Source: Candidatus Altimarinota bacterium (GTDB taxonomy: Bacteria; Patescibacteriota; Gracilibacteria; BD1-5; UBA2023). Taken from it: a stretch of DNA of 64,000 nucleotides. Shown in pieces: positions 44,717-55,630 of this stretch (positions within the stretch are counted from its first letter, which is position 1; each line of letters begins with the position of its first letter). The notes beneath the pieces are model-generated. The model searched no databases. It saw only the letters and a program-made list of their open reading frames with translations, and was not told where the DNA came from. The stretch spans positions 3,535-67,534 of the forward strand of contig JAYUDN010000024.1 of NCBI GenBank assembly GCA_043739785.1, read 5' to 3'. A program made the position numbers and the translations under genes.

Positions 44717-44937
44717 TGGAAAGAGGATGGGAAGTCAAAGAATTAAGAAAGATTATAAAAGTACGATAAAGAATGAGTCTGTGCAAATAATGCACAGACT
44801 TAACTAGTTCCAATTTGGAACAAGTTGAACTAATCTAATTGTTGCAAAAAATGCAACAGTCCTTTTCTAGATTGAGTTATTGTACGAAATACATAATCGA
44901 ACTATCCGGAATTTCCGGGTAGTTGAAAAATACATTC

Positions 44938-45159
44938 TTATGACCGAGGAATTTGCATTTTCTGCACATTGCTTTTCTCATCGACTTCACCCGACTTCAA
45001 AACATTGTTAATATGCCTGGTAGCGACGGTACGATCAATCTCAAATAACTCAGTAATTTGCTCTTGCCGAGCCCAGACGGTATCAGATTTCTGATCTATC
45101 TGTATCTGGATTTCTCCATTTTCCCCCTGATAGATGATGATATTTTTCTTACGATCCAT
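44938..45159 (-). pseudogene. RhuM-family protein, N-terminal fragment only (73 aa)
   Basis: MDRKKNIIIYQGENGEIQIQIDQKSDTVWARQEQITELFEIDRTVATRHINNVLKSGEVDEKSNV.. matches the conserved RhuM N terminus. It stops at TAA 44938-44940, about 250 aa short of full length. Confidence 0.5.
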
Positions 45160-45260
45160 AGAAAAATATGTATATACATACATTGTATACAAAAGAATAT
45201 ATTTACAACATATTTTACTCAGTATCTCGGTTTCTAAATTTTGCTTGTGAATAATCACGA

Positions 45261-46976
45261 CTACCGCGAATTGTAGGGTGAGAAAACAATAGAAAGAAGA
45301 GGGGCAGAGGCCGGATTAAACTGTATTCTGACGGGATTTTTCTCCTCTACGGCTTGTACACTGAGTGATTTTACTCCTCGTTCTCAGATATAGAGTTGTA
45401 AGTCATCTATCTTATGAAGGGCTTCCATTTGACTCGGGAGGATAGTTTGGAGGCCATTGAAGTCATAATCAAAACTTATAGATCAATTGTCCCTATTTCT
45501 CTTTCGAAATCTTCAAATAGATAAGGCAATAAAGACATCTTTAGAGATTTTTATCTTCCGTAGGATACTATATCTATCAAAGTACCAAGAAAGGTATTCT
45601 TTGATAGATATATGAAACTTTGTTTGTACTCTCGATATAGCTTCTTCATCTACAATTTCGTTTGATTTTGGAATAGAAGCGTCCTGACCTTCTTGTTTCC
45701 GGGATTTACTACTCAAATCTGGGACTTGAATCTCGAGTACGGTACTATCAGGAAGGAGAGCGATGATTTTTCTCTCTCCATCATGGTATTCCCATGAAGC
45801 TCATGTAGTAGCCCGATTTCCAGCTTTTGATAATTCTTTCCCCCCGTCATTACTTACAAGTCCTTGCCAAATAGGAATCTGATCAATACTGGTATCCTGT
45901 ATGGTAATCGTTACCGTCCTTCCCACTTCTCAAAATATATAATTGGTATCTTCAGTATTAAGGAGTATGGGCGAAAAAACAGTAGTAGCCCATGGGACTT
46001 GTTTTTTCTTTTTATATTCCGTTAATGCGTTCATGATAACAGTATTTGCAAGAGCAACTTTTTCAATCATATTCCTACTTCGCACTATTGTATTTCGACC
46101 TGTTTCGTCAGGAGTTCACCCTGCTTGGAGAAGGTCAACTCTTCACGCCTTCACGCCTTCTGGAGGGTCTCTTTTTATCGTTTGTGCACTTCTATCTCTC
46201 TTGGTTGCGAGCCAGTTCGGAAATATCACTCAAAACACTCTTGAAAAATCTGATTGGGAATAAACTCAGTATGCATTTTCCCAAATAGAAACCGTATCTC
46301 CAGAGAGTTTGTGAGTATATTTATAGAGTTTCGAATCAGGGTGAGTTTTATTCCATCCCGTGACTATGCTCTCTATCACCTGTCGCCAAGTACTCTGGCC
46401 TCACTGTGGATAAGCATCCAGTCATTTTTGAAGAAAGAGACTCATCTCGCTCTTGATGGGTTCAACAATATCTGTAACTGAAATATAGTTTCCATCTTTG
46501 CTTGATTTTTTGTTTCGTTCTGGGGTAGTAGCTCTAGGAACAGTTCATCTTTCTTGTATGCTTCCTCATTCTCTTTTTTTCGAAGGAGAGGTCCGTACGG
46601 TTCACCACACTTGGAAAAGAGTATCTCTATCGCCAGTTTGTAAAGTCTTTACTAAGTATCTGTAGGATGCTATATAAAAACTCAGTCGGTCAGGACTTCG
46701 TAGTATCATGTTGATATCATCAATTTGAAGCCCAAGAAATGTAGGAAGATACCATGTCTTAACTTCATTTTTGAGAGCATTTTCTGCTGCTTCTCTAGCT
46801 CTTTTTTCAGCCAGTGCTACTTTTTCTTTGGCTCTTTTTTCAGCAATTTCTGCTAATTCTCTTTCTCTTTGAGCTTTTCTGAGGGACTCAATTTGAGCCG
46901 TCAGTAACTTTTGTTGCGCTTCCAATTGTTCAAGAGTACTGGCACCAACTAGATCAAGGAGAGCTATTCCATTCAT
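45261..46976 (-). CDS. Hypothetical protein with an N-terminal coiled coil (571 aa, 14 in-frame TGA)
   Basis: Track fragments 46602..46976 and 45513..45716 lie in one frame. I checked that frame codon by codon and it is free of TAA and TAG from ATG 46976 to TAG 45261-45263. Confidence 0.7.
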
Positions 46977-47114
46977 GATTATAAATTATAACTTCTTTGA
47001 AATATACATAAATAGGTGAATATGCAAATTTAGTTATAAAAATGTTTCAAAAATATATTCCGTACTTTGTATATGCACATTTTGTTTTCTGTGCTATCTT
47101 TACTTCATAGTGAT

Positions 47115-48284
47115 CTAGAGTCCATCTCCGAGCTCGAGATATTCCACGGTTCCGAGCTGAGAACCGAGCATTCCCTTCAGATCTCCATGCATTCCGGCGG
47201 TATTTTTGATCACTTTTTCGAGGAGATCTTCTCGTTTTCTCCACCTGCTTTCGAAGGCCCTTCGCTCCTCGGCTACCTGTTCTTGCATCTGATGAAATGC
47301 GGAGAGGATATTGGTAATCTTATCGTGAAATTTCGGAGAGGTGAGATAGTTAAATACATTTTCGAGTCGTTCATCTCTTCCAACAAGCGAGTTTTGGATG
47401 CTCGCTACTTCTATGAGTTGAGAACGCAGTATCATCGCAATCTGCGGAACATAGTTCCACTCTACGACCCAGACGCCGTTATAGAGTCCGAATTTTTCTA
47501 TTCATTTCGGCATTACGGCAGATACGAGGATCGACAGGGACGCATTGACGATGAGGCGATCTTCCTTGAGCTTTTCTACCCATGAGTCACTCCATGCCTT
47601 CGTATTCTTCGACTCCCAGGCGATAATCCCGACCGACTGACCCAAATCATTGCGGACTTCCTGGATGATATCGGCTCACTTGATTCCTTTCTCTACATCA
47701 GAAATAATATCGATCGGAAAATTTTGTGCGAGTAACTCCTTCAGTGCGTCTTCGCGAACTTCTCATTGTATCTGCATACTTCATTGGTTCGCCTTGCGGT
47801 TCGCATCCTCCACCGCTTTCTGTGTCATTTCGAGCTGTTTTCTTAGCTCTGATTCCTTTTTGTCAAAATCAAGACGCATCTTATCCGTTTCGAATTTTGA
47901 TTTCTCTTCGGCTTGTTTCTTAGATTCTTCTTCGACTCGCTTTCGTTCTTCGGATTTTGCCTTCTCGATTTCAAAGGCTTGATTCTTCTGGATTTGTTCG
48001 AATTCTTGTGACTTTTTGAAAAATTCTATTTCTTTGCGACGAGCCTCTTCATCACGCTTACGGAGAGATTCGAGTTCTATAGTTTGTTTCTTAGCCTGTT
48101 CTTCGGCATCAGCTTTTACTTTTGCAGCAAAAGTACGAGCGCGTTCATCGAAGTCTTTTTGCATTTCTACTTTGAGGCTTTTCGACATTTCTACTTTCAT
48201 CTCTTCGAGCTCGTGCTTCTGGACATCGGAAAGGGAGAACTGGTGTCCGCAGTGGGGACAGGTGATGAGGTTTTGAGGAGACAT
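47115..48284 (-). CDS. DUF2130-like protein (zinc ribbon, coiled coil, PD-(D/E)xK-like C-terminal domain)
   Basis: Track ORFs 47781..48284 and 47115..47435 share a frame and join across TGA codons. Features are the N-terminal CPHCGHQF, a long K/E-rich coil, then ..GADIIQEV..GIIAWESKNTKAWSDSWVEKLKED... Confidence 0.6.
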
Positions 48285-48324
48285 AGTTTATAAGTTTTAT
48301 AGTTTTAAAGTATTACAGTTTTAC
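48285..48324. repeat. AGTTTTAN x5 octamer array abutting the DUF2130 gene start
   Basis: AGTTTATA AGTTTTAT AGTTTTAA AGTATTAC AGTTTTAC on the plus strand. On the mRNA strand these read as TAAAACT-type units ending at the ATG. Confidence 0.65.
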
Positions 48325-48738
48325 AGGATGACAATTTGAAATTATTATAGTGATTTTTTATGTGAGATGAGTCAACCAATCATTTTGATAATTTCTGTGA
48401 TTTCTTCTTGCAGAGACAGTGCTACTGTTCCAGACATGTAGTGAAGCCTCTCAGCAATAATAATCTGTGTTTCTATTTCAAGTGCTGATCATTTTGCAAT
48501 AGAGAGAAATCGTATATATTCTGGCTCGCTTCATCTTCCGCTTCCCTCCGCGATATTACTCGGTATAGAGATACTTGCTCGACGCATTTGGTCTGAGAGA
48601 CCATAATTCTCAGATTTTGGAAATCATTTTGTGACAGTATAGGTGTTTTCGACAAAATCAATTGATTTCTGCCAAACTTTCAGATTTTTATGATATGAAG
48701 TATTTTCTGTCATGGTCAATCAAAATACTACTAAATTG

Positions 48739-48786
48739 TAAAACTCTAAAACTGTAATTCTCTTATACTCTATTACTCTTGAACTA
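48739..48786. repeat. TAAAACTN-type octamer array upstream of the DUF4012 gene
   Basis: TAAAACTC TAAAACTG TAATTCTC TTATACTC TATTACTC TTGAACTA, 50 nt upstream of ATG 48836. Confidence 0.65.
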
Positions 48787-48835
48787 ATCACCTTTTTTCC
48801 TATTATATAGAAAATTCCTCATTTACAAGCCTCAA

Positions 48836-51061
48836 ATGTCACGTAAAAAAATCCCCATCTTCGATATAAAACCAGGAGTGAACCCTGAGATCGATATCGA
48901 GGGATTTTTTCATATGGGTGAAGCACAGGCTATTTCACACAACCGAGATACCGTATGGCTCGATGATATCCAGGCATGAGATTCGGCACCGACCCATAAT
49001 CTCTCCCTTTCACATACTCTTCAGGTCCATCGGTTTCGCACTCTCGGAACTCTCGATCTGATGAGTGGGGAGCTTGCAGATCTCTCGTATACGCACATGA
49101 CGACCGGAGAACGGAGGCGGGAACGTCTCCTCGATGTGAATCCCCCACTTGTGATTCCCTATTGATCCCTCGATGTCAGAAAGGGAGGAGCGGGTATACT
49201 CGGGCGGAAATATGCTGACCTCTTTACTCGCCGACTTCCTTTCTGGCTTTCGCTCGAAGGGCACTATCGTCTCTATCATCGTGAAATATTTACATGGTTT
49301 TCACGGCTTGCATATACCATAGGTTTGCTTTTTCTTCTGGCACTTCCACTTCTCTTCTTTATACGATTCTCACTCCTCGAGAGTGCTCGACTCATGACGA
49401 CACTTCCGAACATCACGAGCAATAGTGAACTCCTTGATACTACTCGCGATATCCGTGCTGGATTCGAACGCTCGAAGCTCCTGATCACTCCGTATCGGTT
49501 CCTCCTCGACAATCGACTGATTCACTTTGATGAGATACGAGCCCTCGGTGGATTTATCGATGTCGGCACCTCACTCGCTCGATGACTCCATACCCTCGCA
49601 GGTGATCTCAACCCGAGTTTTGTCTATGTACCAAAAGATACCACGGTAGAAGAGACTCCACTCACACCCGTCTGGCGATGACAATCGAAAGATTTTTTCC
49701 CACTGGAAAGATTCGGTATCGATAAGCCGACCGAGTGGTTGTCGAAAAATGAATCTACGATTCGAGGAATGCTCGAGGATCTTGAGAATGCGAATCAAAC
49801 CCTTCGAGACGTCGATTTTCTCCATAATACTCGACTCGAGAACTACCTCGTAGGAAGCGAGATAGTCACGATGGTATCGCGGATTGGGGACTTCTACCTC
49901 AAAAATGTAGGTCCGCTCCTGACGATGCTCGGAGATAACCTCCCTGAGCGATATATCATTTTCAATCAGAATCAAGATGAACTGCGTGCGAATGGTTGAT
50001 TCCCAGGAAGTGTTATCACCTTCACACTCTATAAAGGAAATATCCTCGACCTCAGAAAGGATGATGTCTACTACTATGACTGGAATCTCTTCCCATACAA
50101 GGAGGTCCCCCCTCCCGGTATCGCCCTCCTCTCGAGTAATTTCGGACTCCGAGATGTAAACTATTTCCCTATCTTTCGTGATAGTGTCGAAAAGGCCAAT
50201 GAATTTATCGAAAAATCAGGAGATTCGACGATTACGACTGGGATAGCGATCCACCAGGGGATACTCTGAGATATCCTCAGAGAGGTAGGTCCGATCACAC
50301 TGACGGGGATCTCGATACCAATCACCGCAGACAATTTCTCAGCCCTCATGTCGACTCTCGTCGAAGCGAAACACGCGAAGCTCATCTCTCCGAAGGATAT
50401 CCTCTTTGACTTTATCGACGAACTAACTCATAGGATTATCGAAAAGAAAAAATACCTCAGCGTCGCTCTCAGTATCGAAAAATCGATGAGTGATGGTGAA
50501 ATCCGTGTGGCGAGTCGAGATGACGAGATAGAGAAATGGCTCGGTACGGTCGGTTTTTCGGAGGCTTGGCTCTCGAGTAGTGGAAACTGGATCTATCCGG
50601 TCTTTACCTCACTTTCTGGGAATAAGAGCGATCGCTATATGACTCGAGAATATAGTGGAACGAGTCGGGTCCTCTCGGGGTGTACGATCGAAAATACCGT
50701 CACCCTTCGAAGCCGACATACCTTCGATGCACGGGATGCGACCGAGATCGGAAGCTACCTCGATATGATCGGACTGACTGATCCGAAAGATCGTGAAAAA
50801 CTTCTCTTTATCGAAGGAAATGGACCCAATAAGCACTATATGCGCCTCATTGTCCCATCTGATTCTGAAGTGATTTCGAAGGGTTCCGGGGTTGAATTCA
50901 TCCCAGGGGTGCAATATGCTACGATCGCTTTTCCGCTCGAAACTCCCGTCGGAGGAACGAGTGAGAAGACGATCCGATATACGACGACACCTCTTGATTG
51001 TAGTGAGAAGATTCAGTGGTTTCGTCAACCATGAATACGAGAACTCGAGATTCGAGAGTAA
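48836..51061 (+). CDS. DUF4012 domain-containing membrane protein (741 aa)
   Basis: Track ORFs 49325..49585, 49739..49999 and 50348..51034 share a frame with ATG 48836, and I checked the first 165 codons. There is a TM segment YTIGLLFLLALPLLFFI. The hallmark motif is ..IIFNQNQDELRANG-G-FPGSVITF... Confidence 0.7.
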
Positions 51062-51160
51062 AAGTGAAAGAATACTCGAGAATCTCAAACCTCGAGAGGG
51101 TAGTTGAAAGAAAGTGAAATGACAAAGTGAAATATTCCTCAAAGTAGTATAAGACCTTGA

Positions 51161-51880
51161 TTACCAGTCTTCTTTGAGCTTTTTTCAAGAAACAGGAATG
51201 AGTGATCCCCAGAGATCCTTTAATGCCTCTTCTTCAGTCGTTTCTCAGACCAGTCTGACAAACTTTTGTTTTGCTTTCTGATACTCTTCGAGGGTATCCC
51301 GAGTTTCTGAGAGGGTTTTGGCTTCTTCTCGAGATAGACTCGGAGATGAAGTTGTTCCTGAACCGTCACTTGAAGTCGGGGTACTCGCAACTTTCTCGGC
51401 TTCAACCATCTGAGCCTCCTGATTACTTATCAGGCTTTTGAGAAGAGTGATTTTTTGTTTGACCCGCATAGTTGATTCGATTTGCTCGGAAGATTCATAG
51501 TTTGAGAGTCATTCCCGGTAGGCGAGGAGTCGTATATTGCCGCTTCCTTCATTTTCTCCCTCGAGGCTTCGGATATCTCAGAGAAGCTCATAGGTTGATT
51601 TTTTTATACGAGACTCATTCGTATGAGAGAGGATATCTCTCGCTATTACCTCAGCTCGTGCATACTCTCATTGTCGAGCGTATATGAGAGATTTATGGTA
51701 CCATAATCGTTCATTTTTGAGAGGATTACCGAGATAGGATTCAGCTTGAGAGACTTTCACTATGGAGTTTTCTCTCACTCCAGAAAGGAAGAGGTACGAG
51801 CCATACAGCCCTTGCCATTCGATCAGTATGGTTCCTAGGATAAGGATCATACAGGATGAGAAAAAGTATGTCTTAGGCAT
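51161..51880 (-). CDS. TPR-like membrane-anchored protein (BatC-like)
   Basis: ATG 51878-51880 overlaps the batA-like stop (ATGCCTAA). There is an N-terminal TM segment, then ..WYHKSLIYARQ-G-EYARAEVIARDIL.., which is TPR-like. The stop is TAA 51161-51163. Confidence 0.45.
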
Positions 51881-52778
51881 AAGAGCGCAAAGAGTATCTT
51901 GGGATAAAATGGGAAACGAGAATGCAAAAAACTCATAAAATAAGCAAATATGGTTTACTTTTTGCTGAGTTACTGGAATTTAACCTATTTTCAGAAGCAT
52001 GATTGATGTAGGTCTTGATGTCTGATTCTCACTCGATATTGGTCGTCGTCGCATGGAACAAATCTGCGAGGGTTTCGATATTACGAGTATTTCGAGTTGA
52101 ACGAACGAGTTCTCCATCTTGCATTTTATAGAGCGGCTTACCGAAGACATCATTTCCTGAAGGTATATTTCCTCACGCCTTCGTCCCGATGCCTATGATC
52201 TCGAGTTCGGTTCCGAAGTGATCTATCATAGAAGCATCGATCTCTCCTCATCCATCCGTAATCAGGAGGAGTCGCACCCCAGATGTTATATAGAGCTTCC
52301 GGATTCGTGCAAGAGCTGATTCGATATCCGTTCCAGATGTTTGATCAACGAGTGAAATAGTATTGATAGAGTTCTCGAGAAAGTCGGTATTATCAGTAAT
52401 CGGGCTTCTGAGGATGGGGTTTTTGGCAAAGGTCATCAGTCCATATTCTCCGGGAGTATGGACGAGCTTCCTGATCAGGTTTTTACTAGCTTCGAATCGA
52501 GAAATAGTTCATCCACTTAGAGTCGCTATATCTTCGACCGCCATAGAGAGCGATGTATCGAGGAGGATGAGTGTTTTATCACTCGATGGAAGATTCGTCA
52601 GTGAGAGAAAGAGCGAGAAGAGAAACAGTGTACATCAGACAATCCAGAGAGTGGCTCGTATTCGTAGGCCCCAGATGGAAACATGACGCGTGAGAGAAAA
52701 ATCCTCACGTTGTCAGGAGGAAGGTGTGAGTTGTTTCGGAATGAGGATTTTCCTGATGGATTCTCGTAAAGAGCGCAT
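51873..52778 (-). CDS. von Willebrand factor A domain membrane protein (BatA-like)
   Basis: The frame containing track ORF 52248..52436 is open from ATG 52778. ..TLILLDTSLSMAVEDI..SRFEASK.. is MIDAS-like. ..VRLLLITDG-G-.. follows, then a C-terminal TM helix. The stop is TAA 51873-51875. Confidence 0.6.
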
Positions 52779-52922
52779 AGAGGGATGATATATTGAAATC
52801 AGAATTTTCCAAATATTTCGTAGTCATCCTCGTCTTGAAGTGAAAGTCTGTTATTCATCTTTATTAATAGTCTGATAAGAGGAATCGTTTTACATTTTTC
52901 TGTTTTTTTGTATCATTCGGCA

Positions 52923-53831
52923 ATGACTGAAGCACCATTTCTCAAACAAGAAATTGATATATCTCATCTCTCTGGCTATCATACTCGAGTCGTGGCACGG
53001 TATTTCCTCGAAGTTTCGACGAAGGAAGATCTTGCCATGCTCGGTGAGGCATACCGCTTTGCACAAACACAAAAAATAGGATTTATCATCATCGGTGGCG
53101 GAACCAATCTCCTCTTCGCGATGGAGTATTTTGACGGAGTGGTCGTCAAAAATAACCTTACCGGATGGCAGTATGATAGTGAAACCAAGCTCCTTCAATC
53201 CTCCTCGAACGAGAGTATCTGGGAAATTGCAGAATCCCTGGAAAAAGACTATGGACAATCCCTCTGGCATAGATTTATCGGGCTTCCGGGAAGCATCGGG
53301 GGGGCGATCTATGGAAATGCCTGATGTTTCGGGCTCGAAACTGAGTCGAACTTCCAGAGCGCGATGATCTATGATATGGTATCATGAACGGAGAGAGTAT
53401 ATATGAAATCAGAAATGGGGTTTGATTATCGGACCTCGTTTCTGAAAAAATCACCTCACCTCTTCATTATCAGTGCGACTTTTGATCTCTCTAAGAAGGT
53501 AGAAAAGTACGCCTCAGAAGTCGACAATATCTACTTCCGTGAATACAAACAACCGAAAGGGAATACCTGTGGGAGCTTTTTCAAGAATCCTTCCCGAGAT
53601 CACTCTGCTGGATCTCTGATAGAAGCGGTAGGGCTCAAGGGGTTCCGTATCGGCTGAGCTGAGTGGAGCTCACTTCATGCGAATTTCCTAATGAGTGATG
53701 GATCTGACTGTCGATGGCACGATCTCCTCGCTCTCGTGGAACTCGCTGAGAAAAAAGTCTTCGAACAATTCTCCATACGACTGGAACGAGAAGTCAAAAT
53801 CATAACTCCATCCGCATATGTTCCACTATAG
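52923..53831 (+). CDS. murB: UDP-N-acetylenolpyruvoylglucosamine reductase
   Basis: Track ORFs 52908..53324 and 53403..53657 share a frame and join across TGA codons. Motifs are ..IIIGGGTNLLF.., ..GLPGSIGGAIYGNA-G-CFG.. and ..GSFFKNP... Confidence 0.85.
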
Positions 53832-54267
53832 CATCCTCAATACTCCATCCTTTCCCATCAACATCTCCCGAGTCGATGAGATCTTTGCTGATATCGATAT
53901 CATGATCGACTCGCTTCAGAAGGGGATGATTAATATCGCCTTCATCTCTGATGAGGAGATGAAGGAACTCAATCAAAAGTATCGAGGAAAGGATGTGACG
54001 ACCGATGTCCTCTCCTTTCACTACTATGATGATGTCGAAATTCTCTCGGATGATGGAGTGACAGGGGAGATCCTCATGAGTGAGCCACGTATTCAGCTCC
54101 AGGCGAGTGAGCACCACCATAGTGAGACGGAAGAATTCGAAACACTCCTTATCCACGCCCTTCTTCATATCCTCGGTTTTGATCATGAGTCGGATGATGA
54201 CTATGAAATGATGTGGGAATATGAACGACCGATACGTGAGAAGTTTAAACTTTCTCTTTGAGAATAG
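53818..54267 (+). CDS. ybeY: rRNA maturation RNase YbeY
   Basis: Motifs ..DVLSF.. and HALLHILGFDH (H-x3-H-x5-H). The gene reads through TGA 54259-54261 to TAG 54265-54267 and overlaps the murB end by 14 nt. Confidence 0.85.
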
Positions 54268-54338
54268 AGGTCTTCAAAATCTGTGAGAATCGCTTGAAAA
54301 ATATAAAAAATAGGTATTATCTAGCACGTACTCTTTTT

Positions 54339-54415
54339 GCGGATATAGCTCAATTGGCTAGAGTACCGCCTTGCCATGGCGGCCGTTGTGGGTTCGAGTC
54401 CCATTATCCGCTCCA
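54339..54415 (+). tRNA. tRNA-Gly (anticodon GCC), CCA encoded
   Basis: Cloverleaf folded by hand: acceptor GCGGATA/TATCCGC, D arm GCTC..GAGT, anticodon stem CCGCC/GGCGG with loop TTGCCAT, T arm GTGGG-TTCGAGT-CCCAT. Confidence 0.85.
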
Positions 54416-54468
54416 AATAGAAAAAATTCTCTCACGCTCGTGAGGGCTTTTATTTTTCCAAAAATATA

Positions 54469-54483
54469 AGTCCCATTATCCGC
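54469..54483 (+). repeat. Direct repeat of the tRNA-Gly 3' end
   Basis: AGTCCCATTATCCGC duplicates 54397-54411. It lies 72 nt downstream, past a terminator-like hairpin. Confidence 0.6.
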
Positions 54484-54573
54484 CCTGATATGTAAAAAAT
54501 TCTTTGACGAATTCTTATGTGTTCGTGTTTGAATTATTCAATGTATTACTGAGTGTTTCCCTCTTGATTATTT

Positions 54574-55236
54574 ATGAAAATAGATAAAATTGAGACTCAC
54601 ACTATTCTTATGAATGCCCCAAGTCAATCCCCTGAAGCTCATGGTTTGATGATTGTGAATCTTGGTACTCATCCAAGACTTCTTACTGAGAGAGAGAAAT
54701 CTCTGGCACTAACAGAGTTATACAGGCGATTTATTGTTTTTCTTTTTTTCAAAATAAAAGAGTGTTTAGGTTCAAATTTGATCGATCCCTCAAATATTAA
54801 AACATTGGCACTTTCATCATTAGAATGAGACGATATTGTCTTTCGATGTTGAGCCACGCTGAAAATTACACTACCAAAAACTCTAGACATAAATGGCTTC
54901 ACCCTTTCTCAATTAGATCATCTTTCCGATGAATGGGCTATAGTAGTAAATGAGATGGAAATCGAAAAAGCCGTATGGGCTTCTCATCAGGTAAATCTTT
55001 ATGTCGTTCGGGATACTCAATGATTATCGGAAAATGTTCGAGAAGAGGTAAAAAGTATAATAGCTATCGAAAAATCAAAAGATAGGTCACTCAGATGAAA
55101 GCGAGGTAGAATGTATAATAAGCTTATGGGTATAAGTAGTCCAGAAAATCAAGAAAATGAAACAATACCCAATGTACAATCTCAACCCGCGAAACCAAGG
55201 ATTACCACCGTCACGATAAAATGAAGAATTTCATAG
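54574..55236 (+). CDS. Hypothetical protein (220 aa) between the two tRNA genes
   Basis: Track ORF 54574..54828 continues across five TGA codons to TAG 55234-55236. Confidence 0.4.
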
Positions 55237-55287
55237 AAAACTTGCATTTTCTCTTTTCTTCATATAATGCCCTCGCACCAATCCTAT

Positions 55288-55363
55288 GGCGGGATAGCTC
55301 AGTTGGTAGAGCAATGGATTGAAAATCCATGTGTCCCCGGTTCAAGTCCGGGTCTCGCCACCA
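55288..55363 (+). tRNA. tRNA-Phe (anticodon GAA), CCA encoded
   Basis: Acceptor GGCGGGA/TCTCGCC, D arm GCTC-AGTTGGTA-GAGC, anticodon stem ATGGA/TCCAT with loop TTGAAAA, T arm CCCGG-TTCAAGT-CCGGG. Confidence 0.9.
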
Positions 55364-55510
55364 CTTGATTCGTAAAACCCTCAGTTTTTAACTGGGGGTT
55401 TTTAGAATCAATTTTACTGATTCGGACTTGAATCCGAATTATGCCTGATATATGCCTTGAATGGCATATATCTATAATGAGGAGAGGCGGGTCGCGGACG
55501 GGGGAGCGAC

Positions 55511-55531
55511 CAAGTCCGGGTCTCGCCACCA
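55511..55531 (+). repeat. Direct repeat of the tRNA-Phe 3' end (21 nt)
   Basis: CAAGTCCGGGTCTCGCCACCA duplicates 55343-55363. The 147-nt interval holds three hairpins. Confidence 0.7.
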
Positions 55532-55630
55532 CAAATATATAAAACTTCTTCTGGAAACAGAGGAAGTTTTTTTATTTTGCTTGTAAAGCTCTAACAGTTT
55601 CATATTATAAACTCATATTATTTATAAAAC

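Noticed and set aside
55364-55531. A second tRNA, or a tmRNA 3' domain, downstream of tRNA-Phe
   Set aside because: Only the last 21 nt (half a T arm plus the acceptor 3' strand and CCA) are repeated. No matching 5' acceptor strand or full T arm is present.
55299-55532. 77-aa minus-strand ORF
   Set aside because: It runs across tRNA-Phe and its 3'-end repeat and is spurious.
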